Shown in pieces: positions 44,871 through 53,568 of a stretch of 64,000 bases of DNA. The stretch comes from an uncultured bacterium (GTDB taxonomy: Bacteria; Patescibacteriota; Minisyncoccia; UBA6257; GWB1-50-10): assembly GCA_963722655.1 (NCBI GenBank), contig CAVRNT010000001.1:313808-377807 (forward strand), written 5' to 3'. Below the pieces are notes generated by a model. The model had not been told where the DNA came from. It did no database searches and saw only the letters and a list, made by a program, of their open reading frames with translations. The translations under genes and the position numbers were made by a program. Positions within the stretch are counted from its first letter, which is position 1, and the number at the start of each line of letters is the position of its first letter.

Positions 44871-45047
44871 CTCTTTATTTCATCTTTATATTTAAAGTCC
44901 TCGAAGTTCTTTTGAAGGAAAAATTGGTGCAAGCTTTTTGTCCCCGCCCCTCTGTTTTAGTTTGCCTTTTTTGTCCAAAAGCGCAGCGAAATAAGTGCAG
45001 AGTGCGTGATTGGTATTTAAAGATTTAAAATTGTAATATTTAAATAA

Positions 45048-46061
45048 ATGTCCACTGGCCACGGCCTATCATCCTTGATCCCGCCCAAGAGGAACGAGCC
45101 CCCCACACTGAACGGAGGGTCAACGAACAGCGGTGAAAATGCCGGCGTTCAAGTGTCGCACCCAAACATATCTTTCCACGACAGGGGTTTGGAGCGGGGG
45201 CAAGCTCCGCGTTCATCCCCACAGTCATCGGTCCAACACGAACACCGTCCGCTGGCGCAAGCCAAGCCGCCCAAAAGCGGTGAGATGATCTATCAGCTTG
45301 AAACCGATAAGATTCTCCCGAATCCTTACCAGCCGCGGGCAGAATTTCCGGACGAAGGACTTCGGGAACTTGCCCAGTCCATCCGCGAGTTCGGCATCCT
45401 CCAGCCGCTCGTCGTCTCCAAGATCATCAAAGAGACCGAGGCGGGCGCCGACGTTGAGTACCAGCTCATCACCGGCGAGAGGCGGTTGCGGGCCGCCAGA
45501 ATCGCCGGGCTGGAGCGCGTGCCGGCCATAATTAGAGCGGTGGATGGGGCGCGCCACAAGCTTGAGATGGCGCTCATCGAGAATGTCCAGCGGGCGGATT
45601 TGAACCCCTTGGAATCCGCCAAGGCCTACGCCCGGCTCCAGGACGAGTTCGGGCTCACCCAGCGGGAGATCGCTGCCCGGGTGGGCAAGAGCCGCGAGGC
45701 GGTCGCGAACACCCTGCGCCTTTTGAACCTGCCGGCGGCGGCTCGGCAAGCGCTCGCCGAAGGCCGGCTCAACGAATCGCAGGCGCGGACGCTCCTCGGT
45801 ATCCAAAGTCCGGAGGAACAGAACCGCGTTCTCGCGAACATCTTGACGGGCAAGATGTCCGTTCGGGCGGTCCGCGGCGAAGTGGAGAAGGCGAAGCCCC
45901 AGGACCCGGAGGCCGGCTATTGGAGCAAGCGCATCGAGGAGAATCTCGGCGCGCCGGTCAGGGTCTTGAAAGAGGGCGGCCGCGGCAAGATCGTCGTGGA
46001 GTTCTTCTCCGATGACGAATGGCGGGCGCTCACCGAGAAGCTCGGCGGCCCTGCGGAATAG
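45048..46061 (+). CDS. parB: chromosome-partitioning protein ParB (with an N-terminal low-complexity insertion)
   Basis: The N-terminal GHGLSSLIP resembles the ParB ParA-interaction motif. ~70 aa of low-complexity sequence follow. Then the ParB N-domain ...ILPNPYQPR...GILQPLVV..., an HTH, and a C-terminal dimerisation domain. Confidence 0.85.
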   Translation: MSTGHGLSSLIPPKRNEPPTLNGGSTNSGENAGVQVSHPNISFHDRGLERGQAPRSSPQSSVQHEHRPLAQAKPPKSGEMIYQLETDKILPNPYQPRAEFPDEGLRELAQSIREFGILQPLVVSKIIKETEAGADVEYQLITGERRLRAARIAGLERVPAIIRAVDGARHKLEMALIENVQRADLNPLESAKAYARLQDEFGLTQREIAARVGKSREAVANTLRLLNLPAAARQALAEGRLNESQARTLLGIQSPEEQNRVLANILTGKMSVRAVRGEVEKAKPQDPEAGYWSKRIEENLGAPVRVLKEGGRGKIVVEFFSDDEWRALTEKLGGPAE

Positions 46062-46065
46062 GGTT

Positions 46066-47762
46066 CTAAGAGATTATTTTCGTACTTACTTCTTTCGTTG
46101 ACGGTATCTTTTTTAAGCTCACCGTCATTTTTTCTATCTTTGCCTGCGGGAGCGGCGGGGTGCGGAGCGTCACGATGGAAAAGGTCTGGCGCGGGTCTGT
46201 CTGGCTGTTCAAAAAGGTGATATTCACCTTGTTGCGCGCGAAGACGGCCGTCACCTCCTTCAAATAGCCGGGCCGGTCCACGTTCACGATCTTGAAGTCC
46301 ACGCCCAAGGGGCCGGTCTTCTTCCGCAGGGCGCTCGCGCTTTCCTTGAGCGCGCCTCGGATGTGCTTCTTGGCGATCTCCGTTTTGGCGAATTGGAGCC
46401 AGTCCTCGGACGGCTTCTTGCCCTTTTGGGTCACGATCTCCACGACGTCGCCGGAATGGAGTTCGGTCGTGATGGGCACGATCTTGCCGTTCACCCGGGC
46501 GCCGACGCAGGTATCGCCGATTTGGGAGTGGATCTGATAGGCGAAATCCACCGGCGTCGCCCCGGCGGGGAGATCGATGACGTCGTTCCCGGGCGTGAAG
46601 ACGAAGATCCGGTCCTTGAAGAAATCCACTTTGACCGCTTCCAAGAACTCCTTTTGGCTCGCGAAGGTCTTTTGCCAGTTTTGGAGCTGTTGCACCCAGA
46701 CGAGCTCCTTTTTGTTCTTGACGCCGACCCAGCCGCCGCGGGTCTTGTTGGAACTCTTGACCTGTTCATAGGCCCAGTGGGCGGCGATACCGAGCTCATT
46801 TTCCTCGTGCATTTCCTTGGTCTTAATCTGGATTTCGAGGATCTTGTTTTCTATGCAGAAGACCGTGGTGTGCAAACTGCGGTAACCGTTCGCCTTGGGC
46901 CGTGCGATGTAGTCCTTGAAGCGGCCGGGCATCGGTTGCCACAGGCTGTGGATGATGCCGAGGGCCGCATAGCACTCTGCGACCGTCCCCACGATGATGC
47001 GGAGTGCGACGAAATCGTAGATCTCGTTCAAATTCATGTTGTGGCGGAGGAGCTTGCGGTACAAACTGTAGTAGCGCTTAGCCCGTGCGTCGATGGCGAC
47101 CGGATGAATGTTGTGCTCTTCGAGCGCCCTCCGGACGACCGGGAGCACCCGGCTCATGTAGTGCTGGCGCTCCTCGTAGGTCTCCTTCACTTCCTTCATC
47201 AGCCACTTATATTCCTTCGGATAGATGCAGGGGAAGGCGAGGTCCTCCAGCTCGCCCGAAAGCTTCTGCATCCCGAGGCGGTAGGCGAGCGGAGCGTAGA
47301 TGTCGGCGGTTTCGCGGGCGAAAGGTTCCTGGCGTTCCTTGGGCAGGAATTGGATCGTCCGCATGTTGTGGAGGCGGTCGGCGAGCTTAATGATCAAGAT
47401 CCGCAGGTCCTCGCTGAAAGCGATGATGAACCGCCGCATATTCTCCGCGTCTTGGTTTTTGTATTTAATATCCCGAAGTTTAGTGAGACCCTCGACGAGG
47501 AAGGCGACCTCCGTGCCGAAGTCCATTCGAATGTCCGCGAGCGTGACCGCAGTGTCCTCGGCGACGTCGTGGAGGAACGCCGCCGCGATCGAGGTTTCGT
47601 CCAGCCCCCATTCCTTCACGGTTTCCGCGACGGCCAAGGGGTGCGTGATATAGGGTTCGCCACTCGAGCGCTTTTCGCCCTCGTGGGCGAGGAGCGCCAG
47701 GTTGTAGGCCTTCCGCACCAAGCTTCCTTCGGGATAGATTTTAAGCCATTCCGTTCCGGTCA
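46066..47762 (-). CDS. relA: bifunctional (p)ppGpp synthetase/hydrolase RelA/SpoT family
   Basis: HD hydrolase (HDVAEDT), synthetase (RFKDYIARPKANGYRSLHTTV), and TGS and ACT-like C-terminal domains. ATG 47762 (MTGTEW...) follows the TTGTCA-17-TAAAAT promoter by 7 nt. The tracked ORF extends to 47838. Confidence 0.85.
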
Positions 47763-47794
47763 TATCTAAGATTTTATGCCGGGGCGGGATTATT

Positions 47795-47858
47795 GACAAA
47801 GAACGCCATTTTCCTAAAATAGGACTACTAGCAATCAAAGGTCTGTCGTGCTAAAGCA
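47795..47858 (+). promoter_or_regulatory. groES promoter (TTGACA-16-TAAAAT) with a degenerate CIRCE-like inverted repeat, back-to-back with the relA promoter
   Basis: -35 TTGACA at 47795-47800 shares bases with the complement of the relA -35 (TTGTCA). Downstream: cTAGCAaTC-N9-tcGTGCTAA, 13/18 matches to CIRCE. Confidence 0.5.
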
Positions 47859-47881
47859 CTTTAGTGCCACATTAGCGAAAT

Positions 47882-48175
47882 ATGCAAATAAAGCCACTCT
47901 CTAATCGTGTAGTTGTTGAGCTCATTGAGGATGAGCAGAAGACCACGAAATCCGGCATCGTTTTGCCGGACACAGTGGAGAAAAAGGAGCAGTCCAAAGG
48001 GATCGTGGCCGCCGTCGGGGCGGGTAAGGTCCAGAACGGCGTGCGGGTCGCGCCGGAGGTCAAGGTCGGCGACAAGGTCATCTTCAGCAAACCCTGGGGG
48101 GAAGACAAGAAGATGGAAGAAAATGGTAAAACGTACTTCATCGTGGATGAGGACGATATCCTCGCAATCATTTAA
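47882..48175 (+). CDS. groES: co-chaperonin GroES
   Basis: IKPLSNRVVVELIEDEQKTTKSGIVLP...GKVQNGVR...VKVGDKVIFSK. Confidence 0.95.
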   Translation: MQIKPLSNRVVVELIEDEQKTTKSGIVLPDTVEKKEQSKGIVAAVGAGKVQNGVRVAPEVKVGDKVIFSKPWGEDKKMEENGKTYFIVDEDDILAII

Positions 48176-48180
48176 AAACA

Positions 48181-49815
48181 ATGGCCAAGGACATTAAATT
48201 CAACGAAGACGCCCGTGCGGCGATGAAAAAAGGGATGGACATCCTCGCCGAGGCGGTCCGGATGACCCTCGGCCCCCGGGGCCGGGCGGCCGTCATTGAA
48301 AAGGGCTACGGTGCGCCGCAAGTCACCTTCGACGGTGTGACTGTTGCCAAAGAGATAGAACTTCAGGACAAATATGAGAATTTGGGTGCTGAATTCTTGA
48401 AGCAAGCGGCCGACAAGACCGACGAGGGCGTCGGTGACGGCACGACGACGGCGGTGGTCCTCGCCCACACGATGATTGAGGAAGGCGAAAAGGCCATCGC
48501 GGAAAAAGGTTTCAACGTCATTCAACTGGCCGAAGAATTGAAACGCGGGAGCGACGCCGTTTTGAAGGCCCTCGAAAAGCAGAAAGAGGAGATCAACGAC
48601 AACAAAAAGGTGGAAGAAGTGGCCACGCTTTCGGCCAAAGACAAGGCGATCGGTGGGCTCATCGCCGAAGTGATGGGCAAGCTCGGCCGCGAGGGCGTCG
48701 TGACGGTGGAGGACTCGAACGCCATCGGCAATTCCTACGAACTCGTCGAAGGAATGCAGTTCGACCGCGGCTACGTTTCGGCCTATATGGTGACGAACCA
48801 GGAACGGATGGAATCGGTCCTTGAGGACCCTTACGTCCTCGTGACGGACAAGAAGGTCTCGGCGATCGGTGAGCTCCTACCGCTCCTTGAAAAGATCGTC
48901 CAGAGCGGCAAGAAAGAGCTCCTCATCATCGCCGATGACATCGACGGCGAAGCGCTCGCGACGCTCGTTTTGAACAAGATCCGCGGTATCTTCAATGTCT
49001 TGGGCGTCAAAGCCCCCGGTTTCGGTGACCGGAAAAAGGAAATGCTCCAGGACATCGCGATCGTCGTGGGCGCGACCTTCGTTTCCGACGATCTGGGCAA
49101 GAAATTGGACAATGTGGAATTAGGTGACCTTGGTCACGCTCATCGTATTGTCGCCGACAAGGACAAGACGACGATCGTGGGAGGCGCGGGCGAAAAGAGC
49201 GCGATTGCGGAGCGCGTGAAGCAGATAAGATCGCAGGTTCAAAAAACCGATTCCGAATTCGACAAGGAAAAATTGCAGGAGCGCCTCGGCAAGCTCTCCG
49301 GGGGAGTGGCCGTCATTAAGGTCGGCGCCCCAACGGAATCGGCCCAGAAAGAACTCAAACAGCGCGTGGAGGATGCGGTGAACGCCACAAAAGCGGCGAT
49401 GGAAGAAGGCATTGTGCCGGGCGGCGGGATCGCCCTCTTTAACGTTGTACCGTCGATAACTCCGAATAAATTGGAAACCGGTTCCGTCACGGCGGCGGTT
49501 TACACTATATTGAGGTGTGCTCTCCAAGCGCCGCTCGCCGCGATCATTGAGAACAGCGGCGAGAGCGTAAGCAATACCACGAATAAATTGAAAGATAATT
49601 GGCAAAAGGGGAACAGCTGGAGCGGCTTCAACGCCTTCACGAACAAGATCGAGGACCTTAAATCGGCTGGCGTCGTCGACCCGTTGAAGGTCACGAAAAC
49701 CGCCTTCACGAACGCCGTCTCGGTCGCGGCGAACTATCTCACGATCGGCGCGGCCGTCACGGAAATCCCGGAGAAGAAGGAGAATCCACCGCCGGGCGGA
49801 GGAATGGAATACTAG
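48181..49815 (+). CDS. groEL: chaperonin GroEL
   Basis: AKDIKFNEDAR...AVRMTLGPRGR...DGTTTA; C-terminal GGM-like tail PPPGGGMEY. Confidence 0.97.
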   Translation: MAKDIKFNEDARAAMKKGMDILAEAVRMTLGPRGRAAVIEKGYGAPQVTFDGVTVAKEIELQDKYENLGAEFLKQAADKTDEGVGDGTTTAVVLAHTMIEEGEKAIAEKGFNVIQLAEELKRGSDAVLKALEKQKEEINDNKKVEEVATLSAKDKAIGGLIAEVMGKLGREGVVTVEDSNAIGNSYELVEGMQFDRGYVSAYMVTNQERMESVLEDPYVLVTDKKVSAIGELLPLLEKIVQSGKKELLIIADDIDGEALATLVLNKIRGIFNVLGVKAPGFGDRKKEMLQDIAIVVGATFVSDDLGKKLDNVELGDLGHAHRIVADKDKTTIVGGAGEKSAIAERVKQIRSQVQKTDSEFDKEKLQERLGKLSGGVAVIKVGAPTESAQKELKQRVEDAVNATKAAMEEGIVPGGGIALFNVVPSITPNKLETGSVTAAVYTILRCALQAPLAAIIENSGESVSNTTNKLKDNWQKGNSWSGFNAFTNKIEDLKSAGVVDPLKVTKTAFTNAVSVAANYLTIGAAVTEIPEKKENPPPGGGMEY

Positions 49816-49860
49816 AGACAAGCGACAGGGGACAAGAGACAAAGAGAAAGTGGCGAAAAA

Positions 49861-49896
49861 ATCTTGGTATCATTAATGATACCAAGATTTTTATTT
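49861..49896 (+). terminator. rho-independent terminator after groEL
   Basis: Perfect 28-nt palindrome ATCTTGGTATCATTAATGATACCAAGAT followed by TTTTTATTT. Confidence 0.85.
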
Positions 49897-49898
49897 GA

Positions 49899-49967
49899 CC
49901 GGGTAGTAGAAACTCGACTTCCGCCAAAGGCGGCACGGCATAGAGCGGTCGAGTTTTCACTACCCGG
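49899..49967. repeat. long imperfect inverted repeat (~19-bp arms enclosing a CCGCC-AAA-GGCGG hairpin)
   Basis: CCGGGTAGTAGAAACTCGAC...GTCGAGTTTTCACTACCCGG. Sits between the groEL terminator and a TTGACA -35 box. Confidence 0.5.
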
Positions 49968-50032
49968 TTTGACATCGCAACGATCGGATTGTATCCTGCA
50001 AAAAACATTCAGTTCGTTAAAAAGGAGGAGAA

Positions 50033-50183
50033 AGTGCTATACACCTACAGCAGTTCGTATGATCGCCAGACGGCGATCATCGCCGGGATACTTTTCGTCG
50101 TGATATTGGTCATACCAGCCGCAATGGCTGTCTATGCAAGGATAAGATACGGCAAGAATCAGAACAGTATGAACAATGGATAG
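50033..50183 (+). CDS. small membrane protein (49 aa, GTG start)
   Basis: AAGGAGG SD 7 nt upstream of the GTG. The single TM AIIAGILFVVILVIPAAMAVYA is followed by a terminator. Confidence 0.4.
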
Positions 50184-50198
50184 ATATGATGATGAATA

Positions 50199-50237
50199 TG
50201 CGCCACCGGGTTTATTGTACCGGCGGCGCTTTTATTT
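50199..50237 (+). terminator. rho-independent terminator
   Basis: GCGCCACCGG-N10-CCGGCGGCGC followed by TTTTATTTT. Confidence 0.7.
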
Positions 50238-50288
50238 TCGCTTGACACCGCTTTTCCAATCTGCTAAATTCCATTTCAGTTCTCCAAA

Positions 50289-50360
50289 GCGGAAGTAGCT
50301 CAATCGGCAGAGCGCCGGGCTTTTTCCCGGAGGTTGGAGGTTCAAGCCCTTCCTCCCGCT
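50289..50360 (+). tRNA. tRNA-Lys(UUU)-like gene with an atypical anticodon loop
   Basis: Cloverleaf GCGGAAG-TA-GCTC-AATCGGCA-GAGC-G-CCGGG-CTTTTT-CCCGG-AGGTT-GGAGG-TTCAAGC-CCTTC-CTCCCGC-T. D and T arms are canonical. The acceptor has one A-C mismatch. The anticodon loop is only 6 nt (CUUUUU) and lacks the purine at position 37. Own promoter TTGACA-17-TAAATT (50239-50267) and a downstream terminator are present. Confidence 0.6.
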
Positions 50361-50440
50361 CGCTGTCCCATAATAATGGCCGTCCGTGTTCATTTTCCGG
50401 GCGGCTTTTCTTTTATCCAAAAAATTGCTAATATACTGAA

Positions 50441-50986
50441 ATGACAATAATTTTAGTCGTTTTAATTCTAGTCGTTTTGTGGCTCATCCTCGCCTTCAAC
50501 GGCTTGGTACGGCGGAAGAATCGCGTGGCCGAGGCCTGGTCGGACATCGAGGTCCAGCTCAAGCGCCGGTACGATCTGATCCCGAACCTCGTCGAGACCG
50601 TGAAGGGCTATGCCGCTCACGAAAAATCGGTATTTGAAAACGTGACGAAGGCCCGCGCGAACGCGATGGGCGCCCAGGACCCCAAGGCCAAGCTCCAGGC
50701 GAACGACATGCTTTCGAACGCTTTAAAATCGCTTTTCGCCGTTGCGGAGAACTACCCCCAGCTTAAGGCCAACGAGAACTTCAGTAAGCTCCAGGACGAG
50801 CTGACCGACACCGAAGACAAGATCCAAGCGGCCCGCCGGTTCTATAACGGGAACGTAAGGGACTTCAATACGGCCATTCAGGTCTTTCCGACGAACCTCA
50901 TCGCCAGCGCCTTCAGCTTCAAGATACAGGAAATGTTCGACGTGGATAACCCGGCGGAAAGGGAAGCGATCAAGGTGAAATTCTGA
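50441..50986 (+). CDS. lemA: LemA family protein
   Basis: N-terminal TM, then RRYDLIPNLVETVKGYAAHEKSVFENVTKARA...AENYPQLKANENFSKLQDEL. Confidence 0.85.
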   Translation: MTIILVVLILVVLWLILAFNGLVRRKNRVAEAWSDIEVQLKRRYDLIPNLVETVKGYAAHEKSVFENVTKARANAMGAQDPKAKLQANDMLSNALKSLFAVAENYPQLKANENFSKLQDELTDTEDKIQAARRFYNGNVRDFNTAIQVFPTNLIASAFSFKIQEMFDVDNPAEREAIKVKF

Positions 50987-51073
50987 CGCACGAACTTCCA
51001 CGAATTATGCACGAATGCCACGAATCCAGTTCGTGAAATTCGTGGTTGATTAGTGCGCATTAGTGAGTGCATC

Positions 51074-51985
51074 ATGAAAACTCTCTACACTCAAGTAGCC
51101 AGCAACATCCGCAAAACGTGGTTCCTCATCACGTTCATTTTTGTCCTCATCATCGGACTGGGATTTCTCTTCAGCCAGGCCTACAACTCGCCGGGGATAC
51201 TCGTTTTCGCCGTCATCCTGAGCTTAGCGCTGAACGGCATCGGTTACTGGTATTCCGACAAGATCGCGCTCGCGATCTCGGGCGCTCGGCCGGTAGAGAA
51301 GAAAGACAACCCCGAGCTTTACCGCATCGTGGAGAATCTGGCGATCACCGCTGGCCTCCCGACGCCCAAGATCTATATTATCCCGGTCGCGGCGCCGAAC
51401 GCCTTCGCGACCGGTCGGGACAAAGAGCACGCCTCGGTGGCGGTCACCCAGGGATTGCTCCAGATAATGGACAAGGACGAACTTCAGGGCGTTTTGGCCC
51501 ACGAACTCTCGCACGTCGGGAACCGCGACATCCTCGTTTCGAGCTTGGTCGTCGTCCTCGTGGGCGTCGTTTCGCTCCTTGCCGATTTCTTCCTCCGGAT
51601 GAGCTTTTTGGGCGGCGGCCGGCGGAACGACCGCGGCGAGGGCGGCCAGATCGCCCTCGTTCTGGGCATGATCGGGGCGGTCCTCGCGCCCATCGCGGCC
51701 ACCTTGATTCAGCTCGCGATCTCGCGCAAGCGGGAGTCGCTCGCCGATGCCTCGGGAGCGCTTCTCACGCGCTATCCCGAAGGTCTCGCGAAAGCGCTCG
51801 AAAAGATAGAACGGAGCCAAACGCCGCTCAAGACGGCTAGTTCCGCGACGGCCCATCTTTACTTCACGAACCCGTTCAGGGCGGACGTGGGCGACGGCAA
51901 GCGGACACCTTTCCTCGTCCGGATCTTCTCCACCCATCCGCCGATCGAAGAGCGCATCAAGGCCCTCCGCGAGATGAGTGTTTAA
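51074..51985 (+). CDS. htpX: zinc metalloprotease HtpX (M48 family)
   Basis: HELSHVGNRD zinc-binding motif in a 4-TM context. Adjacent to lemA. The tracked ORF starts at GTG 51053. Confidence 0.85.
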   Translation: MKTLYTQVASNIRKTWFLITFIFVLIIGLGFLFSQAYNSPGILVFAVILSLALNGIGYWYSDKIALAISGARPVEKKDNPELYRIVENLAITAGLPTPKIYIIPVAAPNAFATGRDKEHASVAVTQGLLQIMDKDELQGVLAHELSHVGNRDILVSSLVVVLVGVVSLLADFFLRMSFLGGGRRNDRGEGGQIALVLGMIGAVLAPIAATLIQLAISRKRESLADASGALLTRYPEGLAKALEKIERSQTPLKTASSATAHLYFTNPFRADVGDGKRTPFLVRIFSTHPPIEERIKALREMSV

Positions 51986-52006
51986 TTCTTTGGTATAGTG
52001 AAAGGC

Positions 52007-52549
52007 ATGGAGTCGGATGAAAAGCTGGTCGAGACCTATCTCGGTGGAAACGAAGCGGCCCTGAACGAGCTCGTCCGCCGCTACGCCGGCCACATCTACA
52101 ATTTCATCTACCAGTACATCCGTTCGCCCCAGGAGACCGAGGACCTGACCCAGGACACCTTCTTCAAGGTTTGGCGCCATTTGCGTAAGTTCGACACGAC
52201 GAAGAAGTTCAAGGTTTGGATCTTCCAGATCGCGCGGAACACCGTCTTCGATTTCCTGCGGAAGAAGCGGACCCAAGTGCTCTCCGACCTCGGGGACGAG
52301 GAGACGGGGGAGTTCGACGTGCCGGACAATCAGCCCTTGCCGGAAGAAGTCTTCGAACGGAAGGAGACTGAGTTCAAGGTGCGGAAGATAATCGCGTCGC
52401 TCCCGCCCGTCTATCAGGCGGTGCTTTCGCTCTATTACTTGAACCAGTTGAATTTCCGCGAGATCGCCGAGGTCTTGGGAGAGCCGATCGACACCGTGAA
52501 GGCCCGCCATCGCCGGGCGATCATCCGCCTCAAGAAAGAGCTCTTATGA
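52007..52549 (+). CDS. ECF-type RNA polymerase sigma factor
   Basis: Region 2 (YAGHIYNFIYQYIRSPQETEDLTQDTFFKVWRHL) and region 4 (LNFREIAEVLGEPIDTVKARHRRAI). The extended -10 TGGTATAGT at 51991-51999 sits 7 nt before the ATG, so the mRNA is leaderless. The tracked ORF starts at GTG 51998. Confidence 0.85.
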   Translation: MESDEKLVETYLGGNEAALNELVRRYAGHIYNFIYQYIRSPQETEDLTQDTFFKVWRHLRKFDTTKKFKVWIFQIARNTVFDFLRKKRTQVLSDLGDEETGEFDVPDNQPLPEEVFERKETEFKVRKIIASLPPVYQAVLSLYYLNQLNFREIAEVLGEPIDTVKARHRRAIIRLKKELL

Positions 52550-52679
52550 CCCCGCCCCTGGTTGACACACCCAAAAAGGTCGGTGTCTCGTATACACTTC
52601 CGAGGACAACTTTAGTGAACGAAGGGAGGGAAATTGTCCATAACGTTGGCGCATTCGGCGCCGCCGGTAGGTTTTTATC

Positions 52680-53099
52680 ATGCTTGAAGAAAAAATAGCC
52701 AAGATAGAAAAGACCGCTCAAAGGGCCCCGGCGGGACTGCCGGAGCGGATCATCCTTTTCCTGGAAACGAAGATGAAGGCGCGCGCGCGGACGCGAGCGG
52801 TCCTTTACTGCGTCTGCTCTGCCGCCGCCGGCGTCGGTTTGTACGCCTCCGGGACGTCGCTCTTCGCCGGCTTCCGGGCGGGCGGCACCGGACAGATCTT
52901 CTCCCTGGTCTTCTCCGATTTTCAGACGGTCGTCGCCAACTGGAAATACTTCCTGATGTCGCTTTTCGAGTCGCTGCCCATATTGTCTTTGGTGCTCGCG
53001 CTCTTCGCCGCGGCCGCCCTTTTTGCGATGGTAACGCTCGCAATCGCGGACTTCCGCAAGGTCGGCGACATCGATCGGGCACTTTTCAAAAATGTTTAA
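52680..53099 (+). CDS. membrane protein, putative anti-sigma factor (by position only)
   Basis: 139 aa with 2-3 TM, directly downstream of the ECF sigma gene. Confidence 0.35.
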   Translation: MLEEKIAKIEKTAQRAPAGLPERIILFLETKMKARARTRAVLYCVCSAAAGVGLYASGTSLFAGFRAGGTGQIFSLVFSDFQTVVANWKYFLMSLFESLPILSLVLALFAAAALFAMVTLAIADFRKVGDIDRALFKNV

Positions 53100-53562
53100 C
53101 GAACTCAAGGAGAAAAAGTGGCTGGTGTGGATCCTGGTCGCGGTGGGCGAACTAGCCGTCCTCCTTCTGGTCTTTCGCGTCGGCGAGGTGATCGGCGTTG
53201 AACGGGCGAACTTCAACAGCGGTTGGGCGGCGAACTACGGCCGCCTTTTCGGCGAGCCCCGCCCCGGGTTCTTCGATGAATCCGGCGCCCTGCCGCCGGT
53301 GCCGGCCTTCGGTAACGCGGGAACCGTCCTCAGTATCGGGAACGGCGACATCGTCATCCGGGACGCGGGCAACAACGAAAAGACGATTACCGTCTCTTCC
53401 TCGACACCCATCCGCGAAGGCCTGAACGAAATAATGATGGCCAACATCCCTCCCGGCGCCCAGATCGTCGTGATCGGCGCACCAGACGCCCAAGGTCAAA
53501 TCGTCGCCCACTTCGTGCGGGTCTTCCCGGACGAGCAGGAATCTTCATCGACCGGACAATAA
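53092..53562 (+). CDS. membrane-anchored hypothetical protein
   Basis: N-terminal TM WLVWILVAVGELAVLLLVF. 156 aa. Confidence 0.5.
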   Translation: MFNELKEKKWLVWILVAVGELAVLLLVFRVGEVIGVERANFNSGWAANYGRLFGEPRPGFFDESGALPPVPAFGNAGTVLSIGNGDIVIRDAGNNEKTITVSSSTPIREGLNEIMMANIPPGAQIVVIGAPDAQGQIVAHFVRVFPDEQESSSTGQ

Positions 53563-53568
53563 ATAAAA

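Noticed and set aside
44684-45047. parS centromere site in the parA-parB gap
   Set aside because: There is no match to TGTTNCACGTGAAACA, nor any 14/16 variant, in the gap or elsewhere in the window.
46363-47769. 468-aa plus-strand ORF inside relA/spoT
   Set aside because: It is antisense to a gene with HD, synthetase and TGS motifs, and its translation is low-complexity.
49120-49842. 240-aa minus-strand ORF inside groEL
   Set aside because: Shadow ORF.
51224-52510. 428-aa minus-strand ORF spanning htpX and the ECF sigma gene
   Set aside because: It is antisense to two well-supported genes.
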